This document shows, in pieces, positions 9,532 through 19,121 of a DNA stretch of 39,145 nt. Position 1 is the first letter of the stretch. Each line of letters opens with the position of its first letter. The notes under the pieces are model-generated. The model worked only from the letters and a program-made list of their open reading frames with translations, was not told the origin of the DNA and made no database searches. Origin of the DNA: Acidimicrobiia bacterium (GTDB lineage Bacteria; Actinomycetota; Acidimicrobiia; Spongiisociales; CAZKJJ01); contig JBHICV010000005.1 in assembly GCA_046759765.1 (NCBI GenBank), positions 1-39,145 on the forward strand, read 5' to 3'. The translations under genes were made by a program, and so were the position numbers.

Positions 9532-11499
9532 GTGGTCACGCTTGCCGTCGACGTAGGAGGCAGCTTCACCGACCTGGCTCGATGGGACGGTGGAAGCCTT
9601 CAGACCCGTAAAGTCCTCACAACCCCCCATCAGGCCGACGGCGTCGTGGCCGGCTCCCAGCAGCTTCTTTTAGGCAGGCCTGCGGCGGCGTTTCTCCACG
9701 GCACGACTGTGGCCACGAACGCAGTCCTGGAACGTAAGGGCGCCAAGGTCGTGCTGATCACTAGTGCCGGTATGGAGGACTTGATCGAGATCGGTCGACA
9801 AGACCGACCGTCGCTCTATGACCCGCTGGCTGATCGGTCTGAGCCGCTCGTTTCTCGGGATCGCCGGCTTTCTCTCGCTGATGGTCGAGCCCCTGGTGGC
9901 CTTTCCCTGCAAGATCTCCCGTCAGCGGTCGTCGAAGCCGGACCGGAGGCTATTGCCGTATGTCTGCTTTACGGGTTCTCGCGCTCCGCTCAGGAGGAGG
10001 GAATCGCCCAGGCGCTGGGCGAAGCCCTGCATCGGGTGCCTATCTCGTTGTCGGCCGAGGTAGCACCTGAGTTCCGGGAGTTCGAGCGGACTTCGACCAC
10101 CGTGCTCAACGCCTATCTGGGGCCGCTCATGGGAACCTATCTACAGCGTTTATGGGAGAGGACATCGAAGGAAGGTCTTGCCGAAGACGTCCTCGTGATG
10201 CGCTCTTCAGGTGGGTTGATGGATGCGCGGGGGGCGGCGACGCTGCCGGTGGCGGCCCTTCTTTCCGGCCCGGCCGGTGGTGCGGTGGCGGCAGCCGCTA
10301 TCGGCGAAGCCCATGGTTGGGAAGAGCTGATCTCCTTCGATATGGGCGGTACCTCCACGGATGTCTGCCGGATCGAGCGTGGAAGACCCGCCTTGCGATA
10401 CGAGCGAGACGTTGGTGGCTACCCCTGCCGTCTTCCGTCTGTTGCTATCGACACGGTCGGAGCCGGAGGAGGATCCATCGCCTGGCTGGATGCCGGGAAA
10501 GCTCTGCGGGTAGGTCCCCAATCGGCCGGTGCAAACCCGGGCCCTGCGAGCTACGGACGCGGCGGGCAGGACCCTACCATCACCGATGCCCAGGTCGTGC
10601 TGGGAAGAATCGGCCGCAAGTCGAGCCTCGGTGGGGAGATCGACATCCGACCTGCGCTTGCCACGGAAGCGCTGGGACCGATCGGCGAAGCCCTGGCGCT
10701 GACGCACGCCGAGGTCGCCCGGGGAGCAGTTGACGTAGCCGACACCCGCATGGAAAGGGCTATCCGACAAGTCTCGACCGCAGAGGGCTCTGATCCTCGC
10801 GCTGCCTGGCTGGTTGCTTTTGGAGGAGCTGGAGGACTTCACGCGTCTTCGCTGGCGCGCCGCTTCGCCATGCCGGGCGTCATAGTCCCGCCTCACGCGG
10901 GCGTGCTGTCAGCGATCGGACTCCTGCTCAGTCCTCCCCGTGCAGACAAAGCGCTCAGCCTCGAGAGCCCGCAGACCGCATTCCCCGTCATCCAGAGGAC
11001 GGCTAGCGAGCTCGCCGTCGACGTGAAGAAACAACTAGCTGAAATGGGTAGCTCTGCCGTTACCGTCCGCGGGACCGCCGACGCGCGATACGTCGGCCAG
11101 TCCCACGAGACAGCGGTCCCCTTTCATGAGGATGACGACTGGAAGGCTCTCGTCGCACGTTTCCACGCCGAGCACGAGCGCCGCAATGGGTTCTCGCGGC
11201 CGCTGGACCCCGTCGAAGTAGTGACCGTTCGAGCGGAGGCGGTGGGTAAGCCGCCAGCCCGGTGGGAGGACTTCGCCTGGGTGCCGGAGAACGGCGACTC
11301 TCGCATAGGGACGAGGAAACTGCTGGACAACCAAGGTAACGAGAGGGCGGCCGTCGTCCACCGAAGGTCCCGCCTCCGACCGGGCGAGAAACTGCCTGGG
11401 CCGGCGGTTATCGAGGAGCCCGAGGCCACCACATTCGTTAGCGATGGCGACCAGGCCCTGGTTCTGGAGGATGGGTCCCTGGAGATAAGCCGTGGCTGA
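9532..11499 (+). CDS. Hydantoinase/5-oxoprolinase family subunit A (ATP-binding)
   Basis: VDVGGSFTD, HGTTVATNAVLERKG, SGPAGG, DMGGTSTD, VGAGGGSIA, GPQSAGANPGPASYGRGG, FGGAGGLH. Start taken as GTG 9532. Confidence 0.92.
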   Translation: MVTLAVDVGGSFTDLARWDGGSLQTRKVLTTPHQADGVVAGSQQLLLGRPAAAFLHGTTVATNAVLERKGAKVVLITSAGMEDLIEIGRQDRPSLYDPLADRSEPLVSRDRRLSLADGRAPGGLSLQDLPSAVVEAGPEAIAVCLLYGFSRSAQEEGIAQALGEALHRVPISLSAEVAPEFREFERTSTTVLNAYLGPLMGTYLQRLWERTSKEGLAEDVLVMRSSGGLMDARGAATLPVAALLSGPAGGAVAAAAIGEAHGWEELISFDMGGTSTDVCRIERGRPALRYERDVGGYPCRLPSVAIDTVGAGGGSIAWLDAGKALRVGPQSAGANPGPASYGRGGQDPTITDAQVVLGRIGRKSSLGGEIDIRPALATEALGPIGEALALTHAEVARGAVDVADTRMERAIRQVSTAEGSDPRAAWLVAFGGAGGLHASSLARRFAMPGVIVPPHAGVLSAIGLLLSPPRADKALSLESPQTAFPVIQRTASELAVDVKKQLAEMGSSAVTVRGTADARYVGQSHETAVPFHEDDDWKALVARFHAEHERRNGFSRPLDPVEVVTVRAEAVGKPPARWEDFAWVPENGDSRIGTRKLLDNQGNERAAVVHRRSRLRPGEKLPGPAVIEEPEATTFVSDGDQALVLEDGSLEISRG

Positions 11500-13039
11500 A
11501 GTCTCGGCGGTCGAACTCGATGTAGCGCTCGGCCGGCTGGCGTCCGTGGCGGAAGAAATGGGCACGGTGCTGCGACGAACGGCTTATTCGCCCAACATCA
11601 AGGAGAGGGCGGACTGCTCGGCGGCCGTGTTCGTGCCCTCGGGGGAGATGATCGCGCAGGCGGAACACATCCCGGTCCATCTCGGATCGATGCCCGAATC
11701 GGTGGCGGCAGTGCTGGGTCTGCTGGGCGACAGGGTCCAAAACGGGGACCAGTTCGCCGTCAACGACCCCTACTTCGGCGGTACTCACCTGAACGACCTG
11801 ACTCTGGTGAGGCCGGTCTACTTCGGGGAGAACCTCATTGCCTGGGTTGCCAACCGCGCCCATCATGCCGATGTCGGAGGCGAGGCCCCTGGCTCGATGC
11901 CCGCTCACGCCGAGACGGTCGATGAAGAGGGCGTGAGGATCGCTCCGATGCTGGCTGTGGAAGGCGGAAACTGGCTAAACGGTTTCGTAGACCCGTTCTT
12001 AGAGGCGACACGAACGCCGCCAGAACGCATGGGCGACCTATCGGCTCAGCTGGGCGCCAACGAGGTAGGCGCCAAGAGAATGCACCACCTTGCAAACACG
12101 CTGGGGTTGGAGCAATTACATGCCATCTACGAGGCGCTTCTGGATTACTCCGAACGGAGGATGCGAGCTGCGTTGGCTCAGATACCGGATGGCGAGTACA
12201 GCTTCACAGACTGGATGGAATGGGGCGAGAATGATCTCCCGGTCGCGGCCTCAGTTCGAGTCGAAGGCGACGAGCTCGAAGCCGACTTTTCCGAGACTTC
12301 GGCGCAGGTGGCCGGAAACATCAACGCGGTAGAGGCCATCACCCGCTCGTGTCTCTACTTCGCGGTCAGGGTTGCCACCGATCCTGGAATCCCGGCGAAC
12401 GGCGGAAGCTACCGCCCGCTCAGGCTTTCGACGCCTCCCGGCTCGCTTGTCAATTCGGAGGAGCCGGCGGCGGTAGCCGCAGGAAATGTCGAGACCAGCC
12501 AGAGGATTGCCGACGCTCTGCTCGGTGCTCTAGCTCAGGCCGTCCCCGATCGGGTGCCGGCGGCGTCGCAGGGAACCATGAACAATGTGCTCGTCGGATC
12601 GGACGACTTCGCCTACTACGAAACGGTGGCAGGTGGTCAGGGTGGTCGGCCAGGTAAGGAGGGACAGTCGGGGATTCACACCGGTATGACCAACACCAAG
12701 AACACGCCCATCGAGGCACTGGAGACCCATTATCCGCTTCGAGTAACCCGCTACCGGTTACGTCGCTCGAGCGGAGGGCGTGGTCAATATCCCGGCGGCG
12801 AGGGGATCGAGCGCGAGCTCGAATTTCGAACGGAGGCGACCCTATCGCTGATGGGAGAACGACGCCGCCACGGCCCGTGGGGGTTGGCCGGCGGTGAGCC
12901 TGGTGCTCCCGGAGAGGACTGGCTCATTACCAGTGACGGCCGGCGCGAGCGTCTGCCCTCGAAGGTGACCTTTGAAGTGAGCCCGGGCGACCGGCTCCTG
13001 GTTCTGACTCCCGGCGGTGGCGGCTGGGGCAAGCCCTAA
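11492..13039 (+). CDS. Hydantoinase B/5-oxoprolinase family subunit B
   Basis: YSPNIKERADCSAA, HIPVHLGSM, NDPYFGGTHLND, HHADVGG, TNTKNTPIE, TPGGGGWG; overlaps subunit A by 8 nt. Confidence 0.93.
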   Translation: MAEVSAVELDVALGRLASVAEEMGTVLRRTAYSPNIKERADCSAAVFVPSGEMIAQAEHIPVHLGSMPESVAAVLGLLGDRVQNGDQFAVNDPYFGGTHLNDLTLVRPVYFGENLIAWVANRAHHADVGGEAPGSMPAHAETVDEEGVRIAPMLAVEGGNWLNGFVDPFLEATRTPPERMGDLSAQLGANEVGAKRMHHLANTLGLEQLHAIYEALLDYSERRMRAALAQIPDGEYSFTDWMEWGENDLPVAASVRVEGDELEADFSETSAQVAGNINAVEAITRSCLYFAVRVATDPGIPANGGSYRPLRLSTPPGSLVNSEEPAAVAAGNVETSQRIADALLGALAQAVPDRVPAASQGTMNNVLVGSDDFAYYETVAGGQGGRPGKEGQSGIHTGMTNTKNTPIEALETHYPLRVTRYRLRRSSGGRGQYPGGEGIERELEFRTEATLSLMGERRRHGPWGLAGGEPGAPGEDWLITSDGRRERLPSKVTFEVSPGDRLLVLTPGGGGWGKP

Positions 13040-13051
13040 CCGAGCCGACGC

Positions 13052-13120
13052 GTTCCTGTCAATCAACGCGTCGGAAAGCGACGTCACACGTCGGAAAACG
13101 ACGCGTGCATTGACACGAAC
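13052..13120. repeat. 69-bp imperfect palindrome (REP-like) with nested hairpins
   Basis: GTTCCTGTCAATCAACGCGTCGGAAAGCGACGT-CAC-ACGTCGGAAAACGACGCGTGCATTGACACGAAC; 25 of 33 arm positions are complementary. Confidence 0.8.
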
Positions 13121-13172
13121 CAGAGGCGCGCGGCGACTGTAGGCATCTGGCTAGTCCGGGTAGCTTGCTGCG

Positions 13173-13712
13173 ATGCGGTCTCCGCTGGGACCTCTGGCCG
13201 CCCTGGATCAGGCGCTCCTGGTCCGCAGAGCCGCCGCCGCCACGGCGGTGACCTTCCTAATCCAGTTCGCCACCGGGTGGGCGCTCCGCAATCCCGTCGC
13301 CCCGTACGGCATCGTCTCTCTCGAGCTGGCCGGGTCGGCTGATCGGGCGGAGGAGATCGTGGCGTCGTGGGAGGAGGCAAATATCCTCGGGCTTGCGACC
13401 GCCAACGTCCTTTTGGACTACTCGTTTCTCGTCTCCTACGCCGTGCTGCTGGTTGCCCTCTCGGTGCGAGCAGGCATGCGGGTAGAGACACCCGTCTCTA
13501 TGACGACCGGCTATACGGTGGGCTGGGGACAGTGGCTCGCAGGCGGCCTCGATGCGGTCGAGAACGTGGCTCTGCTGGTGCTCCTCGCCGGCGCGATCTC
13601 TGATCTCACTGCCGGTATTGCGCGGGCGGCGGCAGTAGGGAAGTTCGTTCTGATCGGCGTCGGATTGCTCTGGGTCGTCACCGCCGAGGTGGTGCGACTT
13701 GTCCGCCGGTGA
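13173..13712 (+). CDS. Hypothetical four-TM membrane protein
   Basis: Hydrophobic segments with GIVSLELA, LDY.FL..Y, LDAVEN and KF motifs; TAGCTT 6 nt before the ATG. Confidence 0.8.
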   Translation: MRSPLGPLAALDQALLVRRAAAATAVTFLIQFATGWALRNPVAPYGIVSLELAGSADRAEEIVASWEEANILGLATANVLLDYSFLVSYAVLLVALSVRAGMRVETPVSMTTGYTVGWGQWLAGGLDAVENVALLVLLAGAISDLTAGIARAAAVGKFVLIGVGLLWVVTAEVVRLVRR

Positions 13713-13763
13713 AAACGACCTGGGCAATCTCCTCCCGACCTCTCGGTAGCATGTGGCCCTCGC

Positions 13764-15284
13764 GTGCGCATCCCTTCCTCCCCCGGTGACCTAGCAGTCT
13801 CGGATACCGGCAGAGGCAGCCGGTCTGCGCCTCTATGGCTCAGGCTGCGCGCGCCGGTGGTCCCAACCGGGCCGGTGAGAACCAGTACCAACGCCCGGGC
13901 GGTGGCCCTCGTCGCGATCGTCGCTTATGTGGCCTTCTACTCCTTTGTCACTATTAACAATCACAACGGCTACGCGACGTACGGGTTCGACTTCGGAATC
14001 TACGACCAAGGCATGTGGCTCCTCAGTCGGTTTGAGGACCCGTTCATAACCATCATGGGGCGGCACCTGTTCGGCGACCACACCTCGTTCATCCTCGTTC
14101 CGTTCGTGCCGCTGTACTGGCTGTTCCCGAGAGCCGAGGTTTTATTGATCCTCCAGAGCCTCGCTCTGGGTATCGCCGCCTGGCCGGTGTTTCTCGTCGC
14201 TCGGGACCTGTTGCGCGACGAGAGACTGGCAGCTCCGATCGCGGTGGGCTTTCTGCTGCAGCCCGCCTTGGGCTGGACCAACTTCGAGCAGTTCCATCCC
14301 GACGTGTTCGAGGTGCCGCTGCTGATGTTCATGCTCTGGTTCATGATCCGGCGTCGCTGGGTGCCCTATTTCGTGTTCCTGGGGCTGCTGCTGCTCGTGA
14401 AGGAGGACGTAGCCCTGCTTACGTTCGTTCTGGGCATCTACGTGGCGGTCCGCTACTCGGCCAAGGTGGGCATCGCCACTTCCGTCGTCTCCGCGCTGTT
14501 CTTCGTCTTTGCCGTCTTTGTGGTCCTGCGGCACTTCAACGAGGTTGGGACGCTCAACGCCTGGCGGATCCCATTCGGCGGTCCGGGAGGTCTTATAGAA
14601 GCGGTCTTCACCCAGCCCGGGGAGGTAGCCCAATACGTCGTGAGCGATGATCGACCTCTATACGTCCTCCAGCTCTTGGCACCGTTTGCGCTGCTGCCCC
14701 TACTGGCGCCGGAGGTACTCGTGGTCGCGATCGGGCCTCTTGCCTCAAACGTGATGAGCACCTTCTGGTACCAGTACCACATCGAATATCACTACGGAAC
14801 GTTGATCCTGCCTGTGCTGGCGCTGGCCTCGATCGTGGGCATCAGCAGGTTCAAAGCCGCACGAGTACGAAGAACGTTGGCCGTTGCCTTGTTGGTAGCG
14901 GCCATGGTGGGGACCTTCTTCTGGGGACCACTTCCAGGCAGCCGCAAGCCGGGCCCGATAGTCGATACCTCTCACCCGTCGTTTGAATTCATATCCGAGG
15001 CGGTCAGCCTCGTACCCGAGGACGCCGTCGTGGCGGCCCACTATCGCTATGTCACCCATCTCGACCATCGGAGCTTGATCTACGAGTTTCCGACCCCATT
15101 CGCGGCTCGGAACTGGGGCGTGGGGGATGAGGACGGTCAGCGTTTGCCTGAGGCCGACACGGTCGAGTATCTGATGGTGCCCGAGAGCCTGGGGCCGGAT
15201 GCCGGCATCTTCGGTGAGATCCGGGACGAGTTCAGGGTCGTCTACGACCAGGGTGGTGTGCTCCTGCTCGTGCGAGCCTCATGA
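13764..15284 (+). CDS. DUF2079 family polytopic membrane protein (GT-C-like)
   Basis: FDFGIYDQ, LFGDHTSFIL..F.PLY, LLILQ, F.QFHPD, VKED, YHY motifs; many TMs. Start uncertain. Confidence 0.82.
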   Translation: MRIPSSPGDLAVSDTGRGSRSAPLWLRLRAPVVPTGPVRTSTNARAVALVAIVAYVAFYSFVTINNHNGYATYGFDFGIYDQGMWLLSRFEDPFITIMGRHLFGDHTSFILVPFVPLYWLFPRAEVLLILQSLALGIAAWPVFLVARDLLRDERLAAPIAVGFLLQPALGWTNFEQFHPDVFEVPLLMFMLWFMIRRRWVPYFVFLGLLLLVKEDVALLTFVLGIYVAVRYSAKVGIATSVVSALFFVFAVFVVLRHFNEVGTLNAWRIPFGGPGGLIEAVFTQPGEVAQYVVSDDRPLYVLQLLAPFALLPLLAPEVLVVAIGPLASNVMSTFWYQYHIEYHYGTLILPVLALASIVGISRFKAARVRRTLAVALLVAAMVGTFFWGPLPGSRKPGPIVDTSHPSFEFISEAVSLVPEDAVVAAHYRYVTHLDHRSLIYEFPTPFAARNWGVGDEDGQRLPEADTVEYLMVPESLGPDAGIFGEIRDEFRVVYDQGGVLLLVRAS

Positions 15285-15340
15285 AGCAGCCGTTTCAGTA
15301 GCCTGAGGCTCGCCACCCCAGTCACTCCGGGACACGTTCA

Positions 15341-16759
15341 ATGGGTCTGATTGCCGAGCTGGAAGCCATGCTCTCTTCCGACCGGGTGCTCTCCGGTGCA
15401 CTCGAGCGCCATGTCTACTCCAAGGACGCCGGCCTCAGGTCGGGCACGGGCTCGGTCGTCGTGTTTCCCGAGAAGACGGCCGAAGTCGCCTCGTGCGTTC
15501 GTCTGGCCCGCTCTCATGGGGTTCCGGTAGTCGCAAGGGGGGCGGGGACTGGCCTGGCCGGCGGTGCCGTCCCTCTCGGCGAGAGCCTGCTCATCGTGCT
15601 GACCCGAATGGACAAGATCGAGCCTGTGGACGTCGTCGGGAACACCGTTTGGGTGGGGCCGGGTGTCATCAACCTCGACCTGTCCCGTCATACCAAGGCG
15701 TGGGGCCTGCACTTTGCGCCTGATCCATCGTCCCAGGCAGCCTGCACGATTGGCGGAAACGTAGCGAACAACTCGGGTGGCCCGCACTGCCTGGCCGACG
15801 GCACGACTGTGAATCACGTTTTGGGAGTCGAGCTGGTCACTGCCTCCGGTGAGGTGATCGTCATTGGTGGAGAAGCGCCTGATCCTCCCGGACTGGATCT
15901 ACGGGCGGTCGTCGTTGGCTCCGAAGGCACGCTCGGCATAGTCACCAGGGTGTTGGTAAAACTCACCCCCGACCCACCCTCAGTGCGGACCCTCGTGGCC
16001 GCTTTTGACCGGATCCCCGAGGCGGCGGCGACCGTGTCGGACACGATCGCGGCTGGGATCGTTCCTGCCGCGCTGGAGATGATGGACCGACCAATGATCC
16101 ACGCCGTCGAGCGATTCGTAGGAGCCGGGTTCCCGACCGATGCAGAGGCGGTTCTGATCGCCGAGGTGACGGGACATGAGGCGGGAGTAGTGGTGGAAGC
16201 ATCCGCGATCCGTGAAATCGCCAAAGGCAACGGTGCCACCGAGGTACGGGTGGCACAGGATGAGGACGAGAGAGAGCTCATCTGGAAGGCGAGAAAATCG
16301 GCGTTCGGAGCCGTGGCTCAGATGGCACCTGATTATTACCTGCATGACACTGTCGTTCCTCGGCACAAGCTGGTCGAGGTGCTCAATGCGATCTACGGGA
16401 TCGCCGAGGACCACCAACTCAAAATGATGAATGTCTTCCACGCCGGAGACGGCAACCTCCACCCTCTGATGGCCTTCGACGCGGAAGAGGACGGCGTCCT
16501 GGAGAGAGTTCAGTCCGCCGCCGACGCCATTGCGCAGGTGAGCGTCGAGGCGGGCGGAGTTCTCTCCGGAGAGCACGGGATCGGCCTGGAGAAGCGAGAT
16601 CTGATGCCCATGATCTTCTCCGACGCCGATCTCGATGCCCAGGCGGCAATACGGGAGGCCTTCGACCCCGATTGCCTGCTCAACCCGGGAAAGATCCTTC
16701 CGGAAGGATCTCGCTGCTTCGACTTCGGTCGCCCCGTTCCCGAGGGCGCCTGGGTGTGA
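15341..16759 (+). CDS. glcD: Glycolate oxidase subunit GlcD-like FAD-linked oxidase
   Basis: RGAGTGLAGG, APDPSSQAACTIGGNVANNSGGPHCL, GSEGTLGI, FHAGDGNLHP, SGEHGIGLEK. Confidence 0.88.
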   Translation: MGLIAELEAMLSSDRVLSGALERHVYSKDAGLRSGTGSVVVFPEKTAEVASCVRLARSHGVPVVARGAGTGLAGGAVPLGESLLIVLTRMDKIEPVDVVGNTVWVGPGVINLDLSRHTKAWGLHFAPDPSSQAACTIGGNVANNSGGPHCLADGTTVNHVLGVELVTASGEVIVIGGEAPDPPGLDLRAVVVGSEGTLGIVTRVLVKLTPDPPSVRTLVAAFDRIPEAAATVSDTIAAGIVPAALEMMDRPMIHAVERFVGAGFPTDAEAVLIAEVTGHEAGVVVEASAIREIAKGNGATEVRVAQDEDERELIWKARKSAFGAVAQMAPDYYLHDTVVPRHKLVEVLNAIYGIAEDHQLKMMNVFHAGDGNLHPLMAFDAEEDGVLERVQSAADAIAQVSVEAGGVLSGEHGIGLEKRDLMPMIFSDADLDAQAAIREAFDPDCLLNPGKILPEGSRCFDFGRPVPEGAWV

Positions 16760-17874
16760 GGACTTCAAGTACGGCTATCTCGGATCTGGCGGCCCAGACC
16801 GAATCGATCGAGCTGGAGGGCTTGCCTGACGCTGAGTTGGCCGTCGCTCCCCGCTCACAGGAGGAGGCGGCTCGCATTCTCCGCCTCGCCAGCGAGCATG
16901 GAATCCCTACTTTGGTCTGGGGAGGCGGGTCCCACCAGGGGATCGGGGGAAGGGTTGAGGCAGATCTGGTGCTCTCCACCTCCCGCTTTGATCAAATCAC
17001 GGAGTGGGAGGCCGACGACCTGACGCTGGTAGTGGAAGCCGGGCTCTCCGTGAGCGCAGTCGAAGCCCAACTCGCAGAACGTGGGCAGACCGCGTTGCTC
17101 CCGGAGGGGGGCGACGGGACTGTCGGCGGAGTTGTGGCGACCGGCGTATCTGGATGGCAGCGGCTCCGGTATGGGCCGACGCGGGACCGGGTGCTCGAGG
17201 TGGTTCTCGTGACCGGCGATGGCAGGACCATCCGTGGAGGGGGAAGGGTGGTAAAGAACGTCACCGGCTACGACCTTCCGCGGTTAGCCGCCGGGTCGCT
17301 GGGCTCACTGGGGATCATCTGTCAGGTGTGCTTGAAGCTATGGCCTCGACCCGATGCCACTGCCACTGTGACTCTTGACGACGCGGAGCAGGCCGTGGCG
17401 GCCTACCGCCCACTGGCTGTGATTGAAGACGCCTCCGGCACAAGGGTCTATCTCGGAGGCCATCCTGCGGACGTTGAGGCGCAGGTCGCCGAGCTGGACG
17501 GGCAGGCGGAACCGCGGCTGGTCTGGCCGGAGTCCCTGACCGACCCGATCAAGCTCTCGCTGCGGGTACCAGTTCGTCTCCTTCCAGAAGGGCGCTCGCG
17601 AATTCCAACAGGGTGGACCTATCAGATCCAGCACGGAGTAGGCGAGGTCCTGCTGGGGTGTGGCCCCGATGATCTGCAGGCGGCGGAAGACCTGCGAGGC
17701 TGGGCCGAAGAAGTGGGGGGCTCACTGGTTATCGTCGATGCACCGGACGAGGTGTACGCGCAGCTCGATCCCTGGGGTACGGCTCCGGCGTCCCTCGATA
17801 TCCAACGCCGCATCGTGTCCCTGTTCGATCCGATGCGGATTCTGAACCCTGGGCGGCTGCCGGGAGGCCTGTGA
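16756..17874 (+). CDS. glcE: Glycolate oxidase FAD-binding subunit GlcE-like
   Basis: DLTLVVEAG, GTVGGVVATG, RYG..RDRVL, GGRVVKNVTGYDLPRL..GSLGSLG, FDP..ILNPGR; GTGA overlap with glcD. Confidence 0.85.
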   Translation: MRTSSTAISDLAAQTESIELEGLPDAELAVAPRSQEEAARILRLASEHGIPTLVWGGGSHQGIGGRVEADLVLSTSRFDQITEWEADDLTLVVEAGLSVSAVEAQLAERGQTALLPEGGDGTVGGVVATGVSGWQRLRYGPTRDRVLEVVLVTGDGRTIRGGGRVVKNVTGYDLPRLAAGSLGSLGIICQVCLKLWPRPDATATVTLDDAEQAVAAYRPLAVIEDASGTRVYLGGHPADVEAQVAELDGQAEPRLVWPESLTDPIKLSLRVPVRLLPEGRSRIPTGWTYQIQHGVGEVLLGCGPDDLQAAEDLRGWAEEVGGSLVIVDAPDEVYAQLDPWGTAPASLDIQRRIVSLFDPMRILNPGRLPGGL

Positions 17875-19121
17875 TGGGTTGGGTAACGGTGGACGCACCT
17901 CCGCACGACGATCTGAGCTCCTGCGTTCAGTGTGGGCTCTGTCTTCCTCACTGTCCGACGTTTCGGCTAACTGGCAACGAAGCCGCGTCGCCTCGCGGCC
18001 GGTTGATGGCGATGACTGCTGTCGGGCACGGCATCGCGGACGTGGACGACTCGTTCGAGGAGATGATGTGGTTCTGCCTCCAATGTCGAGCCTGTGAGGC
18101 GGCGTGTCCATCCCTCGTTCCCTTCGGACGACTGATGGAAGGCGCCCGGGCTGAGGTGCAGACCCAACGACCTTCAACACCTAAGCGGCTGCGGCACCTC
18201 GCTCTGGGAAGGCTGCTGGGATGGCGCAAGTTGATGCTGTTTGTCACCTTTCTGCTTGCTCTGTTGCAGCGCGTCGGGTTGAGTTTCCTGCTGCCTACAA
18301 CGCTGCGGAAGGGAGTCCGAGGCTTACGAACACTCCCGCTCTTCGGGAGGACGACAGCCGGCTCCCTCTACGCGGCCTACGGCGATGTCCAAGGCCGGGC
18401 CGGTCTGCTCGCCGGCTGCGTGATGGATCCGTGGTTCGGTGATGTGAACCAGGCGACCATCGAGCTTCTACGGCGATGTGGCTGGGACGTGCTTGTCCCC
18501 GATGGACAGATATGCTGCGGAGCCCTCGCCGCCCACGACGGTGCGGCTGAGCCAGCTCGTCGGCTTGCCCGACGCAACGAAGAGGCCTTCGCCGACGTTG
18601 ATATCGTTGTGACCAATTCAGCTGGGTGTGGTGCTCACCTCAAGGAGTACGCCACCTGGAGTGACCTCGGTAGCGAGTCGTTGGGTCCCAAGGCCCGTGA
18701 CGTCACCGAGGTCATAGCCGCCGGCCTGGCCTCCGGAAGACTTCCTACCTTTCCTGCCAATGGCCAGAAGGCTGCTCAGCAGGACCCGTGTCATCTACGC
18801 CATGCTCAGCGGATCACAAGTCAGCCGCGCGCCTTGATACAGGCCGCCGGCTTTGAAGTAGCGGAGTTGGATCCGGACGGCATTTGCTGCGGAGCTGCGG
18901 GGATTTACAGCATCTTGGAGCCCGATGCGTCGGCCGAGCTTGGACGTCGGAAGGCGGCCTACATAGAAGCGTCAGGGGCGAGCCTGGTCGCCTCGGCAAA
19001 CCCGGGCTGTGAGATGCAGCTCAGGCAGCACCTCAGCTCAGGTCATAGGATCGCTCACCCGGTTGAGCTGTACTGGGAGGCTCTAGCTGCCGGTGAGGGA
19101 AGGAGCTCCCGTGACCAGTGA
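17874..19121 (+). CDS. glcF: Glycolate oxidase iron-sulfur subunit GlcF-like
   Basis: CVQCGLCLPHCPT, SPRGR, CLQCRACEAACPS, two CCG domains, DPCHLRH, ANPGC; overlaps the glcE stop. Confidence 0.87.
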   Translation: MGWVTVDAPPHDDLSSCVQCGLCLPHCPTFRLTGNEAASPRGRLMAMTAVGHGIADVDDSFEEMMWFCLQCRACEAACPSLVPFGRLMEGARAEVQTQRPSTPKRLRHLALGRLLGWRKLMLFVTFLLALLQRVGLSFLLPTTLRKGVRGLRTLPLFGRTTAGSLYAAYGDVQGRAGLLAGCVMDPWFGDVNQATIELLRRCGWDVLVPDGQICCGALAAHDGAAEPARRLARRNEEAFADVDIVVTNSAGCGAHLKEYATWSDLGSESLGPKARDVTEVIAAGLASGRLPTFPANGQKAAQQDPCHLRHAQRITSQPRALIQAAGFEVAELDPDGICCGAAGIYSILEPDASAELGRRKAAYIEASGASLVASANPGCEMQLRQHLSSGHRIAHPVELYWEALAAGEGRSSRDQ

